Shown: positions 1 to 11,544, counted from the whole stretch's first letter. The stretch is DNA of 63,940 nucleotides, filler included, from Reticulomyxa filosa (GCA_000512085.1; 16 parts of 16 records of this genome joined end to end with filler, not necessarily neighbours in it); one strand, 5' to 3'. Numbers and translations are program-made. Notes: generated by a model not told the origin, from the sequence alone.

Positions 1-1000
1 AAAATGGAATTAACACTTTTTGAGGAACTGCCACGATTTTGTTTACTTGTTTCCGAATAAAGAAGGATATTACTTTCCTTTGCAACAATACAATAATGTT
101 TCAAAAGGTTTTTGACATGCATTGAATAATTTCCTTTTTTTTAACTAATATTATTATGATTTCTTCTTTGAATATCTTCAAAAAAAGAAATGCAGTGATA
201 CGAAAGTTGGTCAAACAGGTAAAAGCTTATGAGTCAATTTGGAGTGGAAAAAACAGATATCATTACAATTTGTTCAGACAATAGTTCACTCACGAATACT
301 CAACAAAGAACCCTTTGAAATTTGCCAGAGCAGGCTCAACAGGAAAAACAGAAAAATTAAAAAATGGAATAGACCCCTTTTTAACAGTAGTTTTGAGGAC
401 ACAATTTTTCTTTTCATTGTAATTTGACGATTCAAAAGTCGTCGAATCATCCAAATGTAATGTTCAAAAAAGTTTAATTAATTTCGTTTTTCCAAAGGGA
501 TTTGTGGAATACAAATATTTTTATTTCTTTTTCATTTTGTTAATGTCTTTAAAATAGTACCATATAAAAACAAAAATCTGAAACAGGGGGTTACAAAGGA
601 TGTAGTTCAATTTTTTTTATTTTCGTAGCTGTAATGTTTTTTTTTTGTAACAAACTAAAAAATTTTTTTCCTTGACTACTCTTGTTAGTGAACATGTATA
701 ATGCCTTCTTGTGACCAAAAGTAAAGTTTTTAGTTTTTCTTTGTTCAACTTAAGTTAACAGTACAACACTGTTGAAAATAATTATACAGCTACAATAGAT
801 TCACAAACAGAAGACAATAATTTATAAACAAAGCTTGATTTGATGTATTTTGTCAATAGTAACGATCAAACCTAATTATAACCCATATCACAGAAATCTT
901 TTTTGAAGATGAATTTTTGAAATGTTAGTGCGACTTTACGTCACAAAGAGAAAACGATTATTTTTTTATTGCACGTAAATTAGCACTTCACTTATATTAA

Positions 1001-1100
1001 NNNNNNNNNNNNNNNNNNNNNNNNNNNNNNNNNNNNNNNNNNNNTTAATTAATTAANNNNNNNNNNNNNNNNNNNNNNNNNNNNNNNNNNNNNNNNNNNN
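1001..1100. other. Artificial contig-joining spacer (first of 15)
   Basis: N44-TTAATTAATTAA-N44 (stops in all six frames). It recurs at 9205, 11303, 15910, 20646, 24035, 26940, 28194, 32077, 39811, 42552, 44552, 58940, 60624 and 62561, each 100 bp. Confidence 0.98.
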
Positions 1101-2255
1101 ACGTATTGGACATGGACGCGGAGATGGACGAGGACCGAGACGAGGACTGTGAATGGTACTGACGTTGCGCACCACTCGATTTCAGGCCATTGCTTCGATT
1201 GTTCAAGGGATGCAAATCCTTATCATGAAACCCGGTCCCAGCGTCGTTGGTACTGCTGTCGCGTTTCACCGTCAGTGCTTTGTTGTGTCTATTGTCTGCG
1301 AATGTTTGCGTTTCCATTACATCTTCTCCGTTCATTTCCATGCTTTCTTTGATATCCTTCCTTTTTTTTATTTATTTATTTTTTTTTTTATGTTGTGTAT
1401 GTGTGTGTGTGTGTGTGAAGTACGTATACACATATACAATAAATTAATGTAAAGTATTTTTTTTTTTTTTTTTGTACTTATTAATATCCAATCTTACAAA
1501 AAAAAAAAAAAAAAAATATGTTGTAACTATGCCAAAAACTCCCCTCCTTTCTCTTTAAAATGACTTAAAGTTTTACACCAAACTGTGGCCAAAATGTCAA
1601 CGATTTGTTGACACAATTCGCTAAAACCTCCTCGTGACGCACGGTATTGATCTCGGATTTCGGCGGTTTGCACTCTTTGCTGCTGGAACGTGTTTTGGAT
1701 TTCTGGACGAATGTTGTGAATGTATTCGTACGAATCGCCGACACCTGTCTTGTTTTCTGCATTTTGCGCAAGCGATTCATTTTCCACCACATTTGCAACG
1801 TTTTGGTTCAGTGCTACCGCCGTGTTCCCGTTGGGGTCATAGTAGTTTGCAAATGCCATCAGATTTTGCGCCGATTCATTAATCACACCATTGCTATCCC
1901 CGCTTGGGTTCACTTCATTACCATTGCCGCCGTTTGCTACCAATGGCTGAAAAACATTGCCTGCGCCATTGTTTGTCAATGCTGTCGTGTTTTTTATATC
2001 ACATATATCTTATTGCTTGCGTTCCTCATTTTGCTGTCTCTAATTGTTTGTTTCTGTACCTTGCATTGACTGGGGCGACTTCATCAATGTTCGAAGAATT
2101 GGTGTGGCTTGGGCCACACCCGACTGCCCTTGGATTTGCACATGAGGAACATGGGGCTGGGGAGGCGAGTATTGGATTACCACTGGTTGTGCTTGATTTA
2201 TTGCTGGGGAGAAATAATTCATTCTTATGTCATATACCGCTTCATGTGGTATCAT
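1101..2255 (-). CDS. Hypothetical multi-exon protein, Q/N-rich, 3'-truncated by contig end
   Basis: ORFs 2040-2294 and 1527-1979 join in frame through a GTACAG...GACAG intron (~2059-1983), giving ..SMQALTNNGAG... A further exon at 1101-1350 is likely. No recognisable domain. Confidence 0.55.
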
Positions 2256-2639
2256 GGTTTCAAACAAAAAACACTCAAATAAATCTTTAACCAAAAAAAG
2301 TCTTTCACAAAAAAACTTTGTCCAAGGTTTTTCTACGTGGCTCTGTCACATTTTTAATAAGTCGAGCATGATCTAGAGCACTCAAGAGCATATTAAAAAG
2401 CGTACAACTTCGGTGTAATTTTTCCTTTTTTTTTGCCTATGCAAACTTTAGAGCAAAATCTCGACATTATTCTTAAAAAAAATAAGCTCGGCTTTTCTTT
2501 TGGAAAACTGCCATTGCTTAAAACAGGACATAATTTTTTACTGTTTTAGACACTAAAAACTTTGAGTTGGGGTTTTCTTTGACAAAATAGTTTGGATAGT
2601 GTGGTTGTTTTTTTCCACAAACGTATTTTGATTGTAATA

Positions 2640-3161
2640 ATGTCTAGCCATCCCTGGAACATCTACACCATTGGTCACAGCAATTATCCAGTTTCAAAAT
2701 TTGTGGATGTATTAAAGGAGCACAAAATTGCAACTGTAGTGGACATACGCGCAGCGCCTTTTTCAAGGAACGCTCCGGACTATGGGATTAAATCTTTGCA
2801 GTCTTTGTGTGGACAGAACCAAATCAACTATGAATGGAAAGGTGACTTATTAGGAGGCAAGCACAAGTACCAACAATTGATGAAAAAACTTCGCAATGAA
2901 AGCGAATGCAAGTTGTTGATTGAGAGCATTTTTAAGTCAATAAAACATCCATGTGTATTATTGTGCAGCGAATGGAACGTAAACAACTGTCATCGAAAAG
3001 ACATTAGTGACGCATTGCTGCAATGGGGTATTTGCAAAAGTGTCCAGCACTTGTGGTTGAGTAGCGATCACAGCAACGCTTTTTGCAAAGAGCATCAAGT
3101 TGCAATTAATGAGCTGCCAAAGGATAAGGAAAAAACGCACGATCAGTCGAAGAAAAAACAA
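2640..3161 (+). CDS. DUF488-family domain (exon 1 of a probable DUF488-2H fusion)
   Basis: MSSHPWNIYTIGHSN...VVDIRAAPFSRNAPDY...YEWKGDLLGG...LLCSEWNVNNCHRKDISDAL matches the DUF488 hallmarks (TIGHS, DVRxxPxSR, LGG, CxExxxxxCHR). The unspliced ORF would stop at 3182. Confidence 0.85.
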
Positions 3162-3338
3162 GTGAACCCATTGTACATGTAAAACTGAAAGACTCAGAAG
3201 AGATCAAAATCGATTCTTCCCAATCGGAGAAAAAAAAAAAAAAGGACACCCAACCACAGGTTTGAATTGTCCAATTTTTTTTTTTTCTTCAGAAAATTCT
3301 TCAACATTTTCCAAGGATTTTTTTTTTTTTTTTTGCAG

Positions 3339-3929
3339 CGTGTCGTACCTTGGAAAATATCACGAGACGATTTATTGGTGAAATCTGCAGCTTGTCTCAT
3401 CCCTGATGAGTCTTTGTGGGGCCCTATCCAAGAGATACGAAAAAAGTATGACAAATCGTATCATCGTTGGATGCCGCACATCAACTTTTTATATCCATTT
3501 GTTTCACCAGATTTGTTTGAATGGCACACCAAAGAATTCATCACTGAAAAATTGAAAAATATAAAACCTTTTGAAATTGAATTTTCTGAATTCAGCTATT
3601 TTGACCAACAGCCCAGTGAAAAAGTTCCCGATCCTGATGTGTATGTGTTTTTGTTGCCAAAGGAATCACCACAAAACAGCGTGCAACATTTATATGATAC
3701 GTTGATCGCTCTTTATCCGATATGCCATTCGAAAAAAAATAAAGATCAATTTCACGCACATTTGACAGTTGGTCAATTCAAACGAAGTGAAGTCCGCAAG
3801 TGGGTCGATGAATTCAACAAGAGCTGGAAGAAGGTGTCTTGGAAAGTCACTCACTTGAGTTTAATTAGTAGACCTGATTTTGACACTCCTTTTGACGTAA
3901 AAATAAAAATTCCATTAGGAGATCAATAA
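3339..3929 (+). CDS. 2H phosphoesterase (LigT / 2'-5' RNA ligase-like) domain, exon 2 of the probable fusion
   Basis: IQEIRKKYDKSYHRWMPHINFLYPF ... FHAHLTVGQF gives the two 2H His motifs. Preceded by a T-tract-GCAG acceptor ending at 3338. No Met before the first His motif region, so an upstream exon is needed. Confidence 0.85.
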   Translation, partial: RVVPWKISRDDLLVKSAACLIPDESLWGPIQEIRKKYDKSYHRWMPHINFLYPFVSPDLFEWHTKEFITEKLKNIKPFEIEFSEFSYFDQQPSEKVPDPDVYVFLLPKESPQNSVQHLYDTLIALYPICHSKKNKDQFHAHLTVGQFKRSEVRKWVDEFNKSWKKVSWKVTHLSLISRPDFDTPFDVKIKIPLGDQ

Positions 3930-4411
3930 AATTGCGTAGTTTTTTGATTTTTATTCATTTTTAAACTTGATAATACAAGGAAACAGCATTTTTCCATATA
4001 CACTATAATGCGAATCTTATGATCACTGATTTTATTCAAAGAGTAAAAGATAAACACAAAATAAAAAAGAATGACAAACAAAAAGAAAAAATGGTGCTGT
4101 AAAAAATTTTGTTTTTTTTTGGGTTTTACTTTTGACGAACGGCCGGTAAAATTTATTAAAATTAGTAAAAACGAAAAACACAAAATGTAATGGTCACAAA
4201 AGCCCTTCCAAATTTGTTTCGATGATAAAAACAAACAAAAATAAGATCTAATTCTCTCCAAGGAGAGTTTAATTGAAACAATCAAATAAAAATAATTTAG
4301 TTCCTGGTATCAACAAAGTGTTCCCAAAAATTGGAATGCTAATCAAACAAAAAACAATAAATAAATGGACTCGTCAGAAGCACGGAAACAGACCTGATAT
4401 ATGGAATTGCA

Positions 4412-6194
4412 TCATGCTTGCAATTGCAATTCATAGTAAGAGTCATCATCACGATAACTGAGAGTTCCATAAATATCAGATGATTGATGTTCTGGGATAA
4501 CGCCATATGTCAATAAGGGTTCACCAGCTTCGGCACGTAGCAATTCATCGAAATTTTGGCTACGTTGGTGCATGTGACGCCAAAACACAATCAAAATTCC
4601 GAATAACAATCCCACCAAACACAGCAATCCAGAAATGATGGTAACTAAGAAGACCACCGGTATATTCCAGTTAAAGACACTTGTTATAACTTCGTAACTG
4701 TTCATCGCCTGGGGTAGTTCCGTTGTTGTTGATTCCATGGCTATTTTGTGTATATTTGGCCAATTTAGATATCTACTGCTTAAAAAAAAAAAAAAGGTTA
4801 CCTGAAGAGGTAGTGACTTCCGGAAGTTAGCAATCATTAGTTCACGAGCTGACTTTGCAGCGGCAACAGTGCTTGACGTGCCGGATGCAGCTGCAGAAAT
4901 TTTGAAAGTATCGACGACAGTAAAGGAAGCCAAAGCTGCATTTGTTGTAATGGCAGCAATAGTTACATTTGTTGCATTAATCGCAACACGTAAAAAACGA
5001 AAAGGTTGGCTGGTGGAAATGCTAGCTGCATGATGTATTGCACTACTATTTACACCTGCGCCAATAATGAGTGCATCAGCACGTCTATTATTCTCACTGC
5101 TCCCAATAGTATCAGGCTTTTCTCTTAATACCAAGCTAGTTACTCTACGTATGGATGCACAATTGCCAACACAAGCCCATGTATGATTCGTATACGTCAT
5201 ATCACAAAACTTTTCGTACAAATATCCACAATGATATCTATTACGTTGACAAGAGTAATGACTGGTTTCATTACACTGCAAATGTAAATACCCACCTGTA
5301 TACCCTTCTTCAGCATACAACTGCAGTGGACAAGAAGATGTATCACTATCATTGTTTGAATCGCGGGAAATACGTGGGGCTGTTAGCTGTTGATTACCCA
5401 CTTGTTATCGTATACGTATATTTTATTATCCATTAAAATGTATAAATATACATATACATATATACATATATATATATATATATCGTGGATAATTTAAAAA
5501 AAAATAAAATGTGTTGTACACGTATACAAAAAAAAATACCTGGCCAATTAATAACAGTTTTACACGCAACATTGCCGTCACAACGCATGTGCAATAACAC
5601 ATGAGGTGATTCATCAAATACCAACTCCGTACCAAAGCATGCCATATCACCAACACATTGGATTGAAACATTTCGTACATGGACGAATTTTGCAAGACTA
5701 GGCGATGTCGTTGCATCTTTGCAAGCTGAAGATTGATTGCAGTCGATTTCCACTTTGTCAATGTTGCTCAATTCAAATTTATACCCTTGTAGCGATTTTT
5801 TTTCTTGTGCAACTATTTTTACTGTGTGACTATTGCTGACGTATAATTCAATCCCGCTGCATGATTCAGTGCCATTGCATCTCAATTCAAATGTAAATCG
5901 TACTTGACTTGTCTCTTGCCTTTTTGTTGTAGAAGCATGTATGATACTGCCATAACATGACCTTGGTCCGCTGCACACTATGGTACAGTTGGCCTCCGTT
6001 GGACAATACATAACACTTTTGTAACATGCTTCTTCCGTGCTGCAGTAAATGAGACAGTCAGACGTGTTGCTTTCGTTTGCACAGCGAAACACGGTTCCTC
6101 TGGACATAGTTGTTTGCACTATTGGAGTTGCTTGTGTAAGGCAATGAAGGAATCCTGACAAAATGAAAATAAATAAGCTTTTCATTCCTTCATA
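4412..6194 (-). CDS. Type I membrane protein: signal peptide, Cys-rich ectodomain, one TM, Tyr-motif tail
   Basis: Signal-like MKSLFIFILSGFLHCLTQA; repeats CSTEEAC, CSGPRSC, CNGTESC, CNQSSAC, CVGDMAC, CDGNVAC. Intron 5539-5401 joins WP-VGNQQ in frame; probable in-frame intron ~4801-4742; TM IPVVFLVTIISGLLCLVGLLFGILIVFW. Confidence 0.75.
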
Positions 6195-6592
6195 CATTTT
6201 ACTAAGGAACTTTGTTTTCTGGGTCCCCCTTTTTTTTTTTTGTGCAACCGAAAAAATTAAAATACAATACAAAGAAAAAGATAAAAAAACTGTAGTGAAA
6301 CGTATCAATTTTCGCCAAGTAAAAAGTATAATACTTCGCTTTACAAACAGTGCCGCGGAATTGTATTAATATGCTGAAATCCATTCAACTGATTAAAATA
6401 AATAAAAACATATAACAAATCAGAAAAATTGAAAAATGAAATGAAGAAAGAAAGGGTATTTAGATGAAAGATAAGAAACATTAACAAATTTAGGTATAGC
6501 TTTTAACTAAAGAAAAACAATATGTGACTTGAAACAAACAAGAGCCAAAAGAAGATCGTTTAAGACCACACAACATTGAAAGAAAAAGATAT

Positions 6593-9204
6593 TCATTTGG
6601 AGTCTCTTTTTTCCTTCATTTCTTTCATTGCCTTTTCGACATAAAGGACAGCCAGCGTCTGTTTCTTTGCAATAATTTTGGCGACATTGGAAGGGACTTT
6701 TCCGCCAACACAAGTATTAGTGATATACGAAACAATGGAATGCAGTGGCATTTGCGGGTGTTTTTCAATGACCCAGCCGGAGGCCAAAACGTCCATGTGT
6801 GGCAAGGAAGAGTCTTGCGACAGAGGAAAGGCAGGATGTTGTACAGATACCCCGGCCAAGGCATAGTGTTCATCAGGAATGATTTCTTTGTGTTTGATGA
6901 CGACAATGCTTTGTCGACTAACTTTCATATAGCACTGATTGGAAGTGTATATGAAACGAGCAATGTAAGTATTTTCGTCCAATTTGTCAAGGATTTCAAT
7001 GGATTGAATCATTCGATCGTAAATGAAGCGGAAGAAAGGTTCGATCAATGTATGGAAAATATCTTTCGGTTGGAATTTCAATAAGGCCTTGCCCATGTAA
7101 TGATTGTAGTCATTTTGGTTATGAAAAAAGCGATACACAAACAGGTCCTTCGATTGGCTTTCGGAATCAGATCGAATCCAATACTTTTTCGAATTCGGTT
7201 CGGTCAATCGTAACAAATCGCTAATTGCCACGTTGGCCACTGTCAAATACGAGGCCTTTTCTTTCAATGAAAGCAATGATACGGCTCGCGTTTTCGCATC
7301 ATTAGTATGACCGCCATTCCAATTGTCACTGGGATGCAGTTGTGATTGCGACGCCAACAGTAGCAATGATGATGACAATGATGAAGACGATAACGATGAA
7401 GATGATGAAGAAGGCAAATGAGAATCGTTGCTACTTCGTGTTATTCCCATTTTTTCTTCCGACTCGGTCGTGTGGGCTTCGCCTTTCGATTCATTGGCTT
7501 CCATGCTGTTGCCACCACTCAAAGACTTTTGGATCGGCGAATTCCTCACTTTTTTGCAATTGCTCTTCTCTTTTGGTTCCGTCACACTGCATACAATATC
7601 TGTCCATTTTACAAGGTCCTTGCTGCTTGCCCATTCTATTTAAAAAAAAAAAAAAAAAAAAAAAAAATTTGCTGACACATTAAAATGTACGTATAATACA
7701 AGAATGTTCTGCTTTGTCTTCTTTGCTGTATCGACAGAAAACAAAATGCACAATGCTCGACCATCTCGGGTCACTTTGAGAATGGACAAAGACTGTATTT
7801 CTTTAGTGGTCGTATTGGGATGATACGAATCGTTTTGATTGAGTGATATACTGCTGTTGCTGTTGTTGCTGTTGCTATGTATTGCTATGTTGCAGACATA
7901 GCCACCGGTGTCTTCCCATCTTTGTTGCCATTTTCTTTGCATTCATCACTACCACCGTGATTGCTCGTGTTTGTTTTTGTATTGCTGTCAGTATCTTCCA
8001 GTACTTGACGAAGCTTTTTTTTTTTTTTGGGATAACAAAATAAAACAAGTGGTTTTATCCAAAACGTATACGTATTTTTTTTTTTTTTTTTAAGAGGAGA
8101 AAAAAGCACGGAAGGAAATGAAAAGAAGAACAGACTACAAAACATAAGGAGGCAAAAAAATGCCCAAGTCATGGAATAAAGCAGCAGCAATGACACGAAA
8201 CTTGTATGGAATGCGCAAGCCCATCATTTCCAAATAGAAAGGCGCGACATAACACAAGCTCGGCAAATACAAGCGAGTGGTGGCGTGCTGTTGAATAAAA
8301 TGCAAGAGTTTGGTAACAGTGGTGGGGATATCAACGGCGGCTTGGTTAACAAGCCAATTGGGGAGTGAGCCGCCCAAAGTCATGTGAACATAATAGGCAA
8401 TGTGACATTTGGAAGAGTCGTTTGGAAGAGGGGCAAGATGCCAAATGGCATTGTAAATCCAAGCTCGTACCCGAGTGTTGTTGTTGTTGTTGTTGTTGTT
8501 GCTATTGCTGCTGTTGCTATGTTGATTAGAGGATTCTTGTGGATGGTCAATGCTACAACTGCCAATTAAAAACTCACCGTTGGGAAAAGAATAGACAAAA
8601 ACACATGTGACCATATCACGATATGAAATAAACATTGGCGTTTTGACTGAAATGTACACTGCATTACTGTATCGTGACAAACGTTGAACCAGCCGGATTT
8701 CGTCCAAATTGGTGTCCCATTCGCGACGGTATTTCGCATTAAACAAACACCCGGCAATGACAGGACTTGAGAAATTGCAATCATTTCGCCTTTTAGGATA
8801 TCCAATCCGCCCAAGTCTTGGACTGCACCAGGTGGGTATGTGGAAAGTGTATGGGGGTGCGAGAAAATTCGCAAGTCGTTTTTGATCGATCGTTCCTGCC
8901 ATTCTTTTCCATTCTTCCATTTTCTCCATATGTGGAACGTATCCAACGCCATTTGCACCACGTCCGAAAACATGTGTTTGTCAGGTATTGTCACAAACGC
9001 CTCAACGTAGTTGTGCTTGGCCACAGAGTCTTCGATGGAGAGCGGGCGTGAAAGCCAGTGTGGGTCTTTGTCGCACCCGTTGCGGATTAGCATTTGTTTG
9101 TATTCGTCGCTTTCGAAAAAGTTGTTTTCCAAATCACTGTTGTTTTTGTTGTCCAAATATTGTTTTATCCATTCGTCTTTGCTTGCTGTTTTGTCTTCTT
9201 TGTC
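6593..9204 (-). CDS. Protein with two START (lipid-binding) domains, 5'-partial, multi-exon
   Basis: START 1: EWQERSIKNDLRIF..LKGEMI..RREWD..SYRDMV..SIDHP..RVRA..LGGSLPNWLVN. START 2: FRFIYDRMI..SRQSIV..GVSVQHP..ASGWVIE..VGGKVPSNV. A 1-nt frameshift near 8780 must be bridged. One gene versus two is not proven. Confidence 0.75.
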
Positions 9205-9304
9205 NNNNNNNNNNNNNNNNNNNNNNNNNNNNNNNNNNNNNNNNNNNNTTAATTAATTAANNNNNNNNNNNNNNNNNNNNNNNNNNNNNNNNNNNNNNNN
9301 NNNN

Positions 9305-10350
9305 GCAATTGGCTCAAAGTGAAAACGGTGAAACCATTACAAAATATACATACAAATGCAAATGCAAATGCAAATACAATAATAAAAGATGTACCAAATG
9401 ACAATAATTTGACAATGAGTGGCGGTGACAAATTGTTTATCAATTTTTTGAAAAGCACTTATGCTAAACCACTATATTTCAAAGACAAAATAATGGAGCC
9501 TGTTAATGTCCAAAGTGTTCTTCACAGTCCCCAATCTTGTCCAAAATATTTCCGTCCCTTTCCAGTCTAGTGTTTTATTGGCTGAAAAAGATCATTGTGT
9601 GTATACTACATACATATATAAACATAAATATATTTGTATATGTACATATATATGTATATGTGTTTGTATACTCTTACTTTTTTTTTTTTAAATAAAAAAA
9701 TAAAAAAAGCAAGTTTTGATTGCTTGACGTGTTGACACAATCTTGCGATCTTTGACACCTATGGGATTGTGAATCGATTTCCGTTGTTCCAAAAATCTGT
9801 TGTCGAAGTGGTCTTAAAGCAATTGAAAAAAGAGAACATGTCCAATTTCAACGAGGTTCTGACTCTACTTATTCTAAATAAACAAGGTTTTTTTTTAAAA
9901 AAAAGAAGGAGCTTCAAACTTTTTTCTTTTAAACAATTTCTTTGCTAGTATTTGAATGGGCGGATTGAACTATTGGGGGGGGGAGATATAGATTATACAA
10001 TTTTGGAAAAAAAGAAATGGCTTAGACACTCGAACCCCTGGAGTATGTCCAGGAATACTTGCAATGGCCCGTGTTCCAAAGAAAAAAGGGAAATATTGTT
10101 TTAGAGGTGGTCCGACCATATTATTATTTTTTTAAAAAAAAAAGCAAAAACAATGAACACTATTGCTGTGGTGTCATGATTCTCCCGGAGTCATGGAACA
10201 GTGTCATTCGTCACGATGTGTACGACGTGGAATAGCAGACAAGCCACTTTCTTGAGAGAACGCTATGCGCTAGAAAGTTGAAACTAATATACGTCCACCA
10301 TTGTCGAGGCAACACCTTCAAAAGTGTTGGTGAAAGTGAACTGAAACTTG
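9305..10350 (+). pseudogene. Unidentified multi-exon gene fragment, probably degenerate
   Basis: Coding-like segments separated by AT-rich intron-like tracts; in-frame TAG in ..HDVYDVE*QTSHF... No recognisable domain. Confidence 0.3.
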
Positions 10351-10654
10351 CATTTGGTTTTTTTTGTTCCTTTTTTCTGTAAACGTTACTATTCCAAGTC
10401 TTTTTTTTGCCAGGAATTCTTATTTTGAACAGCCAACCCTTACACGTGGCTCTTTTGGACCGCTTGATATAAATTGAACTATCTAACATGTTTTTTTTTT
10501 CTTAGCACCAACTCTAAACAATAGAAATCATTAATTCCAGTTATCAGTTTTTTCAAAGACACAAGTGAAAATCAAATTGAATCTATCTGGATATTTCGAC
10601 TTTCTTTTACATTTCAAATATTAAAATTCAGAAATTTTTTATGATGAATACAAT

Positions 10655-11060
10655 TTGAAGATATTAGGTGAGCTGGAAGAAGTACATTGAAATTATTTTT
10701 TTAAAAAAAATCAAAAAACAAGAATTCACACAAAAAAAAGACAGAAAAATTTTTAATCAAAAAAATTTGAGGCAAGTGTTGATACTTGCAATCGAATACA
10801 CCAACTTGGCGTTTGAACTTCACTTCACCTTTGCTTGAGGCACCACAATCACTTTCCAATTGCTCCATAGACAGTTATGTATTCTTTGGAGACCTATGTT
10901 ATATACGTGTGTATTGGTTATACATGTTTCAATCACATTATAAGAGAACATTATAACTTGGAACATAGGCACAATTACAATAATAATCAGTTCATCACTT
11001 TCGATTGTTTGATTTCTTTTCAATCAGTCATGAGCACACTACACGATATGGACTTTCAAA
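10655..11060 (-). repeat. Dispersed degenerate repeat / pseudogene family, copy 1
   Basis: Aligns by eye to 23620-24034 (shared aaaaaatttgaggcaagtgt, cactttccaattgctc, ttcaatcacattataaga). Minus strand ends ..LSMEQLESDCGASSKGEVKFKRQVGVFDCKYQHLPQIF*. Confidence 0.8.
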
Positions 11061-11544
11061 TTATGCGCCATTCAAAGCGCAATACCATCATCCATATTCG
11101 ATGCACGCCGTTGCAATTATTATTGCTATCATTGCTTGGGGACTCACTACACCACTAATAGCAACGTAAACAGCAACAACTTGCCAATCTGTACGCCATC
11201 TCCACTTGCACATCTTTCAATATCTATTAAAAAATTTCAAACAACGCATACCACATACATATAAATAAATAATCAATATACGTATAAAGATGTTATGTTG
11301 ATNNNNNNNNNNNNNNNNNNNNNNNNNNNNNNNNNNNNNNNNNNNNTTAATTAATTAANNNNNNNNNNNNNNNNNNNNNNNNNNNNNNNNNNNNNNNNNN
11401 NNTTTTTTTTTGACTCTAAACTTTTCAAACTATGGAGCACTTCCTAAATCAATTGTCGTAACAATGTGTTTTTTTTTTAAAAAAAAAAAAAAAACAAGAG
11501 GAAATGACAACTCTCGAATCAACCGAACCGAGAAAAATAATGCC

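Noticed and set aside
1-1000. Short ORF 239-427 and a small palindrome near 422-456
   Set aside because: No recognisable motif; expected by chance in AT-rich DNA.
1045-1056. TTAATTAATTAA repeated throughout as a possible biological repeat or CRISPR-like array
   Set aside because: Always centred in 44+44 Ns; it is an artificial six-frame-stop linker.
2592-3929. Bacterial contaminant operon (DUF488 + ligT)
   Set aside because: The same contig carries spliceosomal-intron genes, and the gap between the ORFs has the host intron style with a GT-AG in-frame join.
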